From Gemmatimonadota bacterium (GTDB lineage: Bacteria; Gemmatimonadota; Gemmatimonadetes; Gemmatimonadales; GWC2-71-9): 64,000 nucleotides of DNA. The stretch's first letter is position 1, and each line of letters begins with the position of its first letter. Below are positions 51,280-60,321 of the stretch, piece after piece. The position numbers and the translations under genes are program-made. The stretch spans positions 13,259-77,258 of the forward strand of contig JAPULZ010000109.1 of NCBI GenBank assembly GCA_027294455.1, in the 5' to 3' direction. A model generated the notes under the pieces. That model was not told the origin of the DNA, searched no databases, and saw only the letters and a list, made by a program, of their open reading frames with translations.

Positions 51280-52101
51280 ATGACCGTTTCCTGGCTGCCC
51301 CCACCCATACTGGTGGCGGGTCCGTGCGCCCTCGAGGACGATCGACTGAACCTCACCGTCGGCGAAACCTTGGCCGAGCTCCAAGCAAAGCTCGGCCTTC
51401 GCGTCCTGTACAAGGGCAGTTTCGACAAGGCGAATCGATCGAGCCCCGACGCGCCGCGCGGGCCGGGAATGGAGGCCGGGCTCGCGCGACTCGAGCGGGT
51501 GCGGGCGGAAACCGGATTGCCGGTGATCACCGACGTCCACGAGGCACAACAGGTCGAGGCGGCAAGTCAGGTGGTGGACGCGCTGCAAATCCCGGCCTTC
51601 CTCTGCCGCCAGACCGATTTGTTGTCGGCGGCGGGCCAGACCGGCAAGCCGGTAAACATCAAGAAGGGGCAATGGATGTCGCCCGAGGCGATGCGTGGCG
51701 CGGCGCTCAAGGTACGGGCGGCGGGCGGCGGCGCCGTGGCCTTGACCGAACGGGGAACGTTCTTCGGCTACGGCGACCTCGTCGTCGACATGCGGAGCTT
51801 CACGAGTCTCAAAGCCGCGACCGGGTGTCCGGTGCTGTTCGACGCCACTCACGCCGTGCAGCAACCGGGGCAGGGCCCCGGCGGGATCTCCGGGGGCCAG
51901 CGCCAGCACGTGGAGGCGCTCCTCCTGGCCGCCGCCGCGGCCGGCGCGGACGGTTTCTTTCTGGAGACACATCCGCGGCCCGAGGAAGCCCCCAGCGACG
52001 GGGCCACCATGTGGCCCCTGGCCGAGCTGGAGCGCCTGGTGGAGCGGGCCCTCGATGTGTGGCATGCGTCACGGCAGTCCCCCGCACCGAAGTTGATGTA
52101 G
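51280..52101 (+). CDS. kdsA: 2-dehydro-3-deoxyphosphooctonate (Kdo-8-P) aldolase
   Basis: 273 aa. AGPC..E.......A..L..........YKGSFDKANR.S......G.G...GL.....V......PV.TDVHE..Q......V.D.LQIPAFLCRQTDL, FDATH.VQ.PG. Confidence 0.95.
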   Translation: MTVSWLPPPILVAGPCALEDDRLNLTVGETLAELQAKLGLRVLYKGSFDKANRSSPDAPRGPGMEAGLARLERVRAETGLPVITDVHEAQQVEAASQVVDALQIPAFLCRQTDLLSAAGQTGKPVNIKKGQWMSPEAMRGAALKVRAAGGGAVALTERGTFFGYGDLVVDMRSFTSLKAATGCPVLFDATHAVQQPGQGPGGISGGQRQHVEALLLAAAAAGADGFFLETHPRPEEAPSDGATMWPLAELERLVERALDVWHASRQSPAPKLM

Positions 52102-52107
52102 GGAACG

Positions 52108-52677
52108 ATGATAGACCCAGCAATCGCGCGGCGCATCAAGCTGATCGGCCTCGATGTCGACGGCGTCATGACCGATGCCGGGGTCTACCTGGGCACGGTG
52201 GGCGGCGAGACGGTGGAGCTCAAACGCTTCGACATCCAGGACAACGTCGGTGTCCGGCTGCTGCGCGAGGCAAACATGCCGGTGGCCATCGTGAGCGGGC
52301 GCATCTCTCCCGCCACGACGGCTCGGGCGAAGGAACTGGGCATCATCGACGTGTTTCAAGACGACGGCGCCCAGAAGCTCGGCGCGTTTGAGCAGATCCT
52401 GGCCCGACACGAGGTCGGCTGGGACGAGGCCGCCTATCTAGGAGACGACCTGCCCGACCTCACGCTCCTCACCCGAGTGGGACTGCCCGTGTGCGTCGCC
52501 AACGCGACGCCCGACGTGCGCGCCGTGGCGCACCACGTGACCGCGGCTCGCGGTGGGCATGGCGCGATCCGAGAATTCGTCGAGACGTTCCTGCGGGCCC
52601 GCGGCGAGTGGGATGCCGCCGTGGAGCGCTACGTGAACGCCAGAGGCGGCCTGCCCGAGGTGACCCATGTCGCGTAG
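52108..52677 (+). CDS. kdsC: Kdo-8-phosphate phosphatase (HAD-IIIA)
   Basis: 189 aa. IKLIGLDVDGVMTD......G.....K.F...D..G...L.......AI.SGR......RA.ELGI..........K.........G.......Y.GDD.PDL. Confidence 0.85.
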   Translation: MIDPAIARRIKLIGLDVDGVMTDAGVYLGTVGGETVELKRFDIQDNVGVRLLREANMPVAIVSGRISPATTARAKELGIIDVFQDDGAQKLGAFEQILARHEVGWDEAAYLGDDLPDLTLLTRVGLPVCVANATPDVRAVAHHVTAARGGHGAIREFVETFLRARGEWDAAVERYVNARGGLPEVTHVA

Positions 52678-53200
52678 GTGGCTGCCCGGCGCTGGGGCGT
52701 GCGCTTTTGCGGCGGTCGCCATCGGCTGCGGCGGCGTGGAAGGACCGCCCACGACCATCGTCGACGCCGACTCGGCCGATCAGATCGTATTCGGACTCGA
52801 TCACATCGTCACGACCAGCGGTGTGCGGCGTGTGCGGGTGGAGGCGGACACCGCGTTCTACTACGCGTCGACGCAAACGTTCGAGCTGCGGCAGATGAAG
52901 GTTATCTTTTACACGACGGCCGGCACGGAATCCTCGACGCTCACGGCGCGGGAAGGCACCTACCACACGAATAATGGGAACATGGAGGCACGGATCGACG
53001 TGGTCGGGTTGACGCCCGATGGACGGCGACTCACGACGTCGAAACTGACGTACAATCGCCTTTCGGATCAATTGCGCAGTACGGCTCCGTTCGTGTTTGA
53101 CAGCGCTGACGAACACTTGGAGGGCGACGGGTTCACGTCGGATCCGAACTTCAGCGATGTGCAGGCCACGAGTATTCGGGGCGGAGTGCGGAACCAATGA
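52667..53200 (+). CDS. lptC: LptC-like LPS export protein (lipoprotein-type N-terminus)
   Basis: 177 aa with lipobox-like AAVAIGCGG and a beta-rich sequence. Positioned kdsC - this gene - lptA-like - lptB with overlapping stops/starts. The call rests mainly on size and context. Confidence 0.65.
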   Translation: MSRRWLPGAGACAFAAVAIGCGGVEGPPTTIVDADSADQIVFGLDHIVTTSGVRRVRVEADTAFYYASTQTFELRQMKVIFYTTAGTESSTLTAREGTYHTNNGNMEARIDVVGLTPDGRRLTTSKLTYNRLSDQLRSTAPFVFDSADEHLEGDGFTSDPNFSDVQATSIRGGVRNQ

Positions 53201-54462
53201 CTTCCCGAGCGTGGGGGCTTGCGGTGATGTCGATTGGCCTCCTTTCCACTGAAGCGCTCGCGGCACAGGGCACTACTCCCTGTGTGGCGGTGCTCGACCA
53301 CGCGGACACGGGGCGACGCATGCAGGGTGGGGTGCGGCAGTACGCCAGCGGCGACGTGCGGGCGCACTGCGACGGACAGGAAACGTCGATGGCGTCGGAC
53401 AGCATCGCGTGGCTCCGGGCGCAGGGGCGCTTCGAGATGGTGGGGAACGCGCGGTTTCGGGACACGACGGTGACCCTCGATGCCGATCGGGCGGTGTATT
53501 TCCTCGACGACGAGCGGCTCGAGGCGTACGGCAACGTGCGGCTGGTGAACCGGGCGAGTGGGACGGTGTTGACGGGTCCCAACCTCACGTATTACCGCAG
53601 CGTCCCCGCGTTGAGGGATACGACGGAGCTGTACGCCACGCATCGGCCCACGGTGGAGTATCGCGCGGACGGCGAGTCCGCCGACGCCGAGCCCTACATC
53701 ATCCTCGGTGACCGGGTGCGCCTGCGGGGTGCCAATCTCGCCTGGGCGAGCGGCGACGTGCGGATCGATCGGTCGGACTTTCACGCAGAAGCCGACAGCG
53801 CGGAGCTCGACCTCGGAACTGACGCGGGAGAGCTGCTCGGGCGGGCGTCGGTGACCGGGGGTGGCACCGATGGATCGGGGTATCAGTTGAACGGCCGGGA
53901 GATCGGGTTCACGTCGGTGGACAACGCGTTGAACTGGGTGCAGGCCCGGGATTCAGCCGAAGCGGAGAGTACGGAATTCTTCATCCGAGCCGACACCGTC
54001 GAATTCGGCATCGCCGACAACAAGATCCAGGGCGGCTTCGCCTGGGGAGACGTGCTGCGCCCCTATGCCGTCTCCGGCACCAACACCATCGTTGCCGATT
54101 CCATTGCCATCGACGCGCCCAATCAGCAGCTAGAGGAGCTGCGCGGCTTCGGCGCCGCCCGGGCGCTCTCCGTGCGGGATTCCACCGATGATGATCCCGA
54201 CTGGATCGCCGGTGACACGCTGGTAGCCCGATTCGCATCCACCGTGCTGACCGGGCGGTTCCTGGAGCAGATCGTGGCGACCGGCACCGCGGCGGCGCTG
54301 TACCGCGTGTATCGCGAAGGGGGCGGTGACCTCCCGGACATCAACTACTCTCGGGGCGACCAGATCATCGCGACGTTCAGTCCCTTCGGAATCATGCTCG
54401 TGACCGTCCACGGAAACGCCGACGGCGTCCACCTGGAATCGATCCGGGGGAACCGGCCGTGA
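53197..54462 (+). CDS. LptA/OstA-like periplasmic protein, unusually long (421 aa)
   Basis: Signal peptide (LAVMSIGLLSTEALAAQ), then repeated OstA-like segments (e.g. ...SDSIAWLRAQGRFEMVGNARFRDTTVTLDADRAVYF.DDERLEAYGNVRLV...). ATGA overlap with lptC and GTGA overlap with lptB. Confidence 0.6.
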   Translation: MTSRAWGLAVMSIGLLSTEALAAQGTTPCVAVLDHADTGRRMQGGVRQYASGDVRAHCDGQETSMASDSIAWLRAQGRFEMVGNARFRDTTVTLDADRAVYFLDDERLEAYGNVRLVNRASGTVLTGPNLTYYRSVPALRDTTELYATHRPTVEYRADGESADAEPYIILGDRVRLRGANLAWASGDVRIDRSDFHAEADSAELDLGTDAGELLGRASVTGGGTDGSGYQLNGREIGFTSVDNALNWVQARDSAEAESTEFFIRADTVEFGIADNKIQGGFAWGDVLRPYAVSGTNTIVADSIAIDAPNQQLEELRGFGAARALSVRDSTDDDPDWIAGDTLVARFASTVLTGRFLEQIVATGTAAALYRVYREGGGDLPDINYSRGDQIIATFSPFGIMLVTVHGNADGVHLESIRGNRP

Positions 54463-55649
54463 TCGAGCAACTCCGCGCGCGATTCACGGGACGCGATCCG
54501 TCCCTCACTCTGGCCGTGGCCTCGGCGCTTCGGTGCGCCGCCGAGCACGGCGTGGTCACGTTCGGCGCCCTCACGACCATATACCGCGACGATCACCAGA
54601 TGGTCTACCACGGTCAGGGCGCCGAGCTCGCCAAGCTGGGCGGAAACCTCTCGGTGGAGGAAGTCGCCCGCCACCTCGAGGAGTCGGTACTGCCGCGCCT
54701 CGTTACCGACGGCGACCTCGAGGCGCTGGCGGACGAACTGAAAAACGACACGGTCATTCAGTTCGCCGCGTCACTGCGTGATCTCGTCGCTTCAGGACCC
54801 GAGGCCGCGCGTGACGCGCTGATCCAACTGGCCGCCGAGGACCTCCATCGCCTCGAACCCGCCAGGGCCGAGCCGTTCATGGAAACGACGAGCGGCATCG
54901 CGCACCTCGGCGTCCGGGGGCTGACCAAGACCTACAAGAAGCGCACGGTGGTGGACAACGTGGACCTCGACCTGCGACGCGGCGAGATCGTGGGCCTGCT
55001 CGGCCCCAACGGGGCGGGGAAGACCACGGTGTTCTACATGATCGTGGGCCTGATCCGGCCCGACCGCGGCGAAGTGGTGCTCGACGGCGAGAACCTCTCC
55101 CGACTGCCCATGTACCAGCGCGCACGACGGGGGATCGGCTATCTCTCGCAGGAGCCGTCGGTCTTCCGCAAGCTCACCGTAGAGCAAAACGTGATGGCGA
55201 TTCTCGAGACGTTGAAGTTCACCGCGGCGGAGCGACAGGAACGCCTCGAGACACTCCTCGACAGGCTCTCCATCAAGCACTTGCGCGCGGTCCCGGCCTA
55301 CAAGCTGTCGGGGGGCGAGCGACGCCGCCTGGAGATCACGCGGGCCTTGACGACGCAGCCCAAGTTCATGCTGCTGGACGAACCCTTCGCCGGCGTGGAC
55401 CCCATCGCGGTCCACGACATTCAGATCATCGTGGCCGGGTTGCGGCGCCATGGGATCGGAGTATTGATTACCGATCACAACGTCGAGCAGACACTCGACA
55501 TCGTCGATCGGGCGTACATTATGTTCGAAGGCAAAGTGCAGGTATCCGGCACGGTACGAGAGCTGGTGTTCAACGATCGTGTGGCCGATTTGTACCTGGG
55601 CCCGACACTCACCGCGCGCCTGCGTCAGCGACTCGAGTCGGCCGCATGA
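54459..55649 (+). CDS. lptB: LPS export ABC transporter ATPase LptB with a roughly 140-aa N-terminal extension
   Basis: The ABC core starts near 54879 (METTSGIAHLGVRGLTKTYKKRTVV..V.L.L.RGEIVGLLGPNGAGKTT.FYMIVGL..PD.G....DG, LSGGERRRLEI.RAL, LLDEPFAGVDP). The same frame is open back to GTG 54459 with strongly G/C-biased third positions. Confidence 0.85.
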   Translation: MIEQLRARFTGRDPSLTLAVASALRCAAEHGVVTFGALTTIYRDDHQMVYHGQGAELAKLGGNLSVEEVARHLEESVLPRLVTDGDLEALADELKNDTVIQFAASLRDLVASGPEAARDALIQLAAEDLHRLEPARAEPFMETTSGIAHLGVRGLTKTYKKRTVVDNVDLDLRRGEIVGLLGPNGAGKTTVFYMIVGLIRPDRGEVVLDGENLSRLPMYQRARRGIGYLSQEPSVFRKLTVEQNVMAILETLKFTAAERQERLETLLDRLSIKHLRAVPAYKLSGGERRRLEITRALTTQPKFMLLDEPFAGVDPIAVHDIQIIVAGLRRHGIGVLITDHNVEQTLDIVDRAYIMFEGKVQVSGTVRELVFNDRVADLYLGPTLTARLRQRLESAA

Positions 55650-57211
55650 GACTCGGAATGCACCAGCATCTTGCGATGAAGCAAGAGATGCGGATGAATC
55701 CTCGTCTGTATCAGGCGATGGATTTGCTGTACATGCCGATGCTGGACCTGCAACAACACCTCAAATCGGAGTTGCTCGAGAACCCGTTCCTCGAGATGTC
55801 CGAGGAAGACACCGATGAGCCCACCGAACAGACGGCCGAAGAGCAGGAACGGGAAAAAGAAGCCGCCGAGAAGCAAGACGAGATCGACTGGGAGGCCATA
55901 GTCGTCGACGGGTTCGACGTGGGACGATCGCGGGGGGAATTCGAGGTCCGGGAAGTCTTTGAACCCGTCACCGTGGCCACGCGCGACCTCATCGATCACC
56001 TGCGGGATCAGGTGACGTTGCTGGACCTCACCCCGCGGCAGGGCTTGCTGGCGGAGGAGTTCCTGGGCAGCATCGGCGAGGACGGGTATCTGAAGGAGAC
56101 GCTCGAGGAGGTCGTCGCGGGTACCAACCAGATCGTGGCGGACCATCTGGCGCTCGCGCAGCAAACGAACGGACCGGCCGAAGCCACCACCACTGTGACG
56201 TCCACTGAATCCTTCACGCCGGTCACCGAAGACGAACAGGACAACGGCGTCGCCCCGGCCGGAACGGAGGTGGATGACATCGCACGCCCGTTCACCATCG
56301 AGGAGGCCGAAGCAGTCCTGGCGATCCTCCAGCAGCTCGATCCTCCCGGCGTGGCCGCCCGCGAACTTCGCGAGTGCCTCCTCATCCAGCTGCGTGACAG
56401 TGACCAGAGTGACACGCTCACGTATCGGCTGGTCGATGAGGCCTTCGACGATCTCATCACGCACCGCTGGAGCGACCTCGCGAAGCGGTTCGGGCTCGAG
56501 CCCCGGGCCGTGCAGGATGCGGCCGACCTGCTGGCCAAGCTCGACCCCAAGCCCGGCTTGCGCTATTCCAGCGGCGGCGACGCCTACGTGACGCCGGACC
56601 TGGTCGTCGAAAAAATCGAAGGGGACTATCGCGTCTTCCTGAACGACGGGGGCATGCCGCGACTGCGGATCAGCAAGATCTACCGGGAGCTGGCGGGCGA
56701 CAAGAAAAAATTTGTCGGCGAGAACCGGGAGTTCATCACCAACAAGCTCAACAGCGCAGCCTGGCTCATTCAAGCCATCGAGCAGCGTCGGCAGACGATG
56801 CTCAAGGTCATGAACTTCATCGTCGACAAGCAACGGGATTACTTCGAAAAAGGGGTGGAGCACCTGCACCCCCTGACGCTGCGCGAAGTGGCCGACGTCA
56901 TCAGCATGCACGAGTCGACGGTCAGCCGCGTCACCAACCAGAAGTACGTGCAGACGCCGCGTGGGGTGTTGCCGCTCAAGTTCTTCTTCTCGAGCAGCCT
57001 CGGGACCACCGGCGGTGAGGACGCGAGCGCCCGTGCCGTCAAGGCGCAAATCAAAAAAATGGTGGGCGAGGAAGAGACATCCAAACCCATGACCGACTCG
57101 GACATCGTCAAGGCCATGGCCCGGCGCGGCGTCAAGATCGCGCGCCGCACAGTCGCCAAGTACCGAGACCAGCTCAACATTTTGCCGGCCCGCATGCGCA
57201 AGCGCGTATGA
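55646..57211 (+). CDS. rpoN: RNA polymerase sigma-54 factor
   Basis: 521 aa. N-terminal L.Q.L.MKQ......P.L.QA..LL.M....L......E...NP.LE, and C-terminal HTH plus RpoN box (...ARRTVAKYR..L.I). Confidence 0.95.
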   Translation: MRLGMHQHLAMKQEMRMNPRLYQAMDLLYMPMLDLQQHLKSELLENPFLEMSEEDTDEPTEQTAEEQEREKEAAEKQDEIDWEAIVVDGFDVGRSRGEFEVREVFEPVTVATRDLIDHLRDQVTLLDLTPRQGLLAEEFLGSIGEDGYLKETLEEVVAGTNQIVADHLALAQQTNGPAEATTTVTSTESFTPVTEDEQDNGVAPAGTEVDDIARPFTIEEAEAVLAILQQLDPPGVAARELRECLLIQLRDSDQSDTLTYRLVDEAFDDLITHRWSDLAKRFGLEPRAVQDAADLLAKLDPKPGLRYSSGGDAYVTPDLVVEKIEGDYRVFLNDGGMPRLRISKIYRELAGDKKKFVGENREFITNKLNSAAWLIQAIEQRRQTMLKVMNFIVDKQRDYFEKGVEHLHPLTLREVADVISMHESTVSRVTNQKYVQTPRGVLPLKFFFSSSLGTTGGEDASARAVKAQIKKMVGEEETSKPMTDSDIVKAMARRGVKIARRTVAKYRDQLNILPARMRKRV

Positions 57212-58176
57212 GTCTCGCGCTCAAGACCGGCGACGTCGACGTCAGCGTGCTCGTTCCGGCGAAAGACGAAGTCGACAACCTCGCTGAATTCGTGAGTCAG
57301 TGCCAAGCGGCGCTCCAGGAAGCGCCGTTTTCCAGCGAGCTCGTGATCGTAGACGACGGCAGCGTGGACGGAACCGGCGCGCTCCTCGAATCGCTAGCAG
57401 ACGAACACGACTTCTTGCGGGTCGTCACCCACCGCTCCCAGCGGGGTATCGGCGATGCGCTCAAGTCGGCCAGCGAGGTAGCCCGCGGGCGCATCTTCGT
57501 CTTCTATCCCGCCGACTTGCAGTTCCTCCCCTCGGAGATCCCCCGGCTGGTCGAGCCGGTCCGCACCGGCGAGGCCGACATCATCACTGGCACCAAACAG
57601 GGCGATTACGAGAAGGCGTTCGTCTCCGGCATCTACAACCGGCTCTGCCGCTGGCTCTTCGGCGTGCGGGTCACCGACCTGAACGCAGTAAAGGCGTACC
57701 GGCGGGAGGTCATGGACGTCGTCCCCTCGCGGCCCGACTGGCATCGCTTCATGGTGGTGGTGGCGGCGGCCGATGGATTCCGTGTCCAGGAGCGTCCCGT
57801 CACGCTCCACCCTCGGCGGAGCGGCACCTCCAAGTTCGGCCTGGGCCGCATTCCCGTGGGTTTGACCGATCTGCTGTCGGTGTGGTTTCAGCTTCGCTTC
57901 GGACGCAAGCCGATGTTGTTCTTCGGCGTGTCCGGCGCGGTGCTGTTCATCGTGGGATTCCTCGTAGGCGTCGCGGCGATCATCCTGCGGTTCGGCTACA
58001 ACATCGGGCTCCGGCCACTGCTCGATCTGGTCTTGGTGCTCGTGGTCTCGGGGATCGCGTTGTTCGGGTTCGGCTTCGTCGGAGAGATGCTCGCGGGGTC
58101 CCGCGAAGAAATCCGATCGCTCGGCAGGTCGATCGATCGTCTGGCCAACACGCTCGATCACGACCACCGCTCATAA
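57208..58176 (+). CDS. GT2 polyprenyl-phosphate glycosyltransferase (GtrB/ArnC/DPM1-like) with C-terminal TM helices
   Basis: 322 aa. VSVLVPAKDE..NL....VIVDDGS.DGT........(GT-A DxD region), then two hydrophobic helices (MLFFGVSGAVLFIVGFLVGVAAI, LVLVLVVSGIALFGFGFVGEML). ATGA overlap with the rpoN stop. Confidence 0.85.
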   Translation: MSLALKTGDVDVSVLVPAKDEVDNLAEFVSQCQAALQEAPFSSELVIVDDGSVDGTGALLESLADEHDFLRVVTHRSQRGIGDALKSASEVARGRIFVFYPADLQFLPSEIPRLVEPVRTGEADIITGTKQGDYEKAFVSGIYNRLCRWLFGVRVTDLNAVKAYRREVMDVVPSRPDWHRFMVVVAAADGFRVQERPVTLHPRRSGTSKFGLGRIPVGLTDLLSVWFQLRFGRKPMLFFGVSGAVLFIVGFLVGVAAIILRFGYNIGLRPLLDLVLVLVVSGIALFGFGFVGEMLAGSREEIRSLGRSIDRLANTLDHDHRS

Positions 58177-58199
58177 GCACCACGGACCCCGCACATCCC

Positions 58200-59402
58200 G
58201 TGAACATCATCTGTGTCACGCACGCCTATCCCAGAACGGAAGGCGACGTCGCCGGTTCGTTCATCCACCGGCTCATGGTCGCGTTGCTGAACCGGGGACA
58301 TGGCATCGAGGTCATCGCTCCGGCCGACCGGGGCCACGCCACCGACCGGGAGCCCCTCGGGGGCATCCCGGTGACGCGGGTGCGCTACGCTTCGCCGGCT
58401 CGGGAAACGCTGGCATACAGCGGGACGATGCTCGAGGCGACACGCTCGCCGTCGGGGGCCCTTGCCGCGGCGAATCTCATACGCGCCCAGACCTCCCGGA
58501 TGAGAGGCATGGCCCGATCCGGTTCACCGGACGTCATCCACGCTCAATGGTGGGTGCCGGCAGGGGTGAGCGCATGGATGTCCTGGCTGCGCCCTAGCGT
58601 TCCGTACATCGTCACGGTGCACGGCACCGACGTGCGAATGCTCGAGCGTTCCCGCATCGCGCGATCGCTAGCGCGAAGGGTGTTGCGGAGTGCGGCGGCG
58701 ATCACGGCCGTCTCGTCCTATCTCGCCGCCAAGGTTGCCGCCGTCGCCGGGATCGATCCCGGCGACATCGTCGTGCAACCGATGCCTGCGGAGGTGGAGG
58801 GCTTCACGTGCCACAGCGCGGGCGGCGACGGCATCGCCGTGGTCGGCCGGCTCACCAAACAAAAGAACCTGGGGTTGGTGTTCCAGGCCATGGCCCGCCT
58901 TCGGGCCGAGGGCACCGACACCCGTCTCCGGGTGATTGGCGACGGCCCGGAACGGTCAGCGCTTCAAGCGCAGGTTCGCAGCCTCGACATCGGCGATCGC
59001 GTCGAGTTTGTCGGCGCGGTGGAGCCCCGGGAGGTCCCCGCTGCCGTGGGCGATGCCGATGTCACCGTGTTTGCCGCCACGCAAGAAGGGTATGGGCTGG
59101 CCGCCGCCGAGTCGTTCATGCTGGGGATTCCCGTCGTGGCGCTGCAAACCGGGGGTGGCGTCACCGACGTCGTTCCCACATCCGGCCCGGGGCGGTTGAT
59201 ACCCCCTGATGACCCGGTGGCCATGGCGGACGCCATCCGGCAATTTGTCGGCGACGCGAGCGCCCGCGAGCTCGCCGCCGCAGAGGGACGCAGGTTGAAG
59301 GAGCACCTGAACCCGACGAACGTCGCTCAGGTGTTCGAGAGCGTCTATGCACGTGCGAGGCAGGCCTCGCACGCCCACCGGAGTGCCCATGACGACGGCT
59401 GA
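58200..59402 (+). CDS. GT4-family (GT-B) glycosyltransferase
   Basis: GTG at 58200. The N-terminal half reads NIICVTHAYP.....VAGSF.H.L...L..RGH...V.AP. The C-terminal half has VGRLTKQKN......A........L.V.GDGPER..L........VEF.G.V........ADV.V.A...EG.GL...E....G.PVVA. Confidence 0.85.
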   Translation: MNIICVTHAYPRTEGDVAGSFIHRLMVALLNRGHGIEVIAPADRGHATDREPLGGIPVTRVRYASPARETLAYSGTMLEATRSPSGALAAANLIRAQTSRMRGMARSGSPDVIHAQWWVPAGVSAWMSWLRPSVPYIVTVHGTDVRMLERSRIARSLARRVLRSAAAITAVSSYLAAKVAAVAGIDPGDIVVQPMPAEVEGFTCHSAGGDGIAVVGRLTKQKNLGLVFQAMARLRAEGTDTRLRVIGDGPERSALQAQVRSLDIGDRVEFVGAVEPREVPAAVGDADVTVFAATQEGYGLAAAESFMLGIPVVALQTGGGVTDVVPTSGPGRLIPPDDPVAMADAIRQFVGDASARELAAAEGRRLKEHLNPTNVAQVFESVYARARQASHAHRSAHDDG

Positions 59403-60321
59403 GCCGGCCAAGACCACCCACCGGCGGCTCTGGATCTGGGCGGCGCAGGCGGCCCTCGCGGTCGTGGTGCTGTGGTTCGTCTGGCGCTCGGTGGCAGATC
59501 AGCTCGCCGATTTCTCCCTGCTGGACCTCCCCCTCGAGGTCCGCTGGCACCGCATCGCCGCCGCCGCGGGTGTGGTGTGGCTCACCTACCTGATGCTCAT
59601 CTCGGCGTGGCGCGCCATCCTCCTCGGCTGGGAACAACACCTGCCGCTTCCCACAGCCGCACACATCTGGTGCGTCTCCAACCTCGGCCGTTACCTGCCC
59701 GGGAAACTCTGGAGCGTGGCAGGGCTGGCGGTGCTGGCCAAGCGCGCAGGCGTGGAGGGATGGGCTGCCGCCGCGTCGGCGCTCGCGATGCAGGCCCTCT
59801 CCCTCGGCACCGGCGCCGCTGTCGCGGTGGCGTTTCTGCCCCAGGCCCGTTCGCCGCTGGAGTTCATCGCCGCCATCGCGGTGGCGGCGGCCGGCGTCGT
59901 GGCCTTGACGTTGAAGCCCATGGTGCGGCTCCTGGCACGCCTCGCCGACGGGAAGATCCCCCTGCGTCCATTGCCGCCACTGGCGGTCGGCCTCGGGGCG
60001 TCAGCCACGCTTGTCGCCTGGCTGATGTACGGCCTGGCGTTCCGGCTACTCGCGTTGGGGATTTTGCCGGACAGCGCGCCGTCGTTTGGGTTGGCCATGG
60101 GATCGTTTGCGGGCGCTTATATTATTGGCCTGATTGCGATCTTCGCCCCTGGCGGAATCGGCATGCGGGAGGGCATGCTGCTCGCGTTCCTCTCCCCGAC
60201 CATCGGCGCGGGGCCGGCCCTCGCGCTATCCGTGGCATCACGTCTGTTGTTGACCTTCACCGAAGTCGTGGCCGCCCTTGCGGCGCTTCCCTTCGGGCGT
60301 CGCAAAGGAGAAGCGGGTTGA
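59389..60321 (+). CDS. LPG-synthase-TM / flippase-like (UPF0104) polytopic membrane protein
   Basis: About 310 aa from ATG 59389, with about 8 hydrophobic helices and the PGGIGMREG motif near the C-terminus that is characteristic of this family. Assigned by pattern only. Confidence 0.65.
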   Translation: MTTAEPAKTTHRRLWIWAAQAALAVVVLWFVWRSVADQLADFSLLDLPLEVRWHRIAAAAGVVWLTYLMLISAWRAILLGWEQHLPLPTAAHIWCVSNLGRYLPGKLWSVAGLAVLAKRAGVEGWAAAASALAMQALSLGTGAAVAVAFLPQARSPLEFIAAIAVAAAGVVALTLKPMVRLLARLADGKIPLRPLPPLAVGLGASATLVAWLMYGLAFRLLALGILPDSAPSFGLAMGSFAGAYIIGLIAIFAPGGIGMREGMLLAFLSPTIGAGPALALSVASRLLLTFTEVVAALAALPFGRRKGEAG

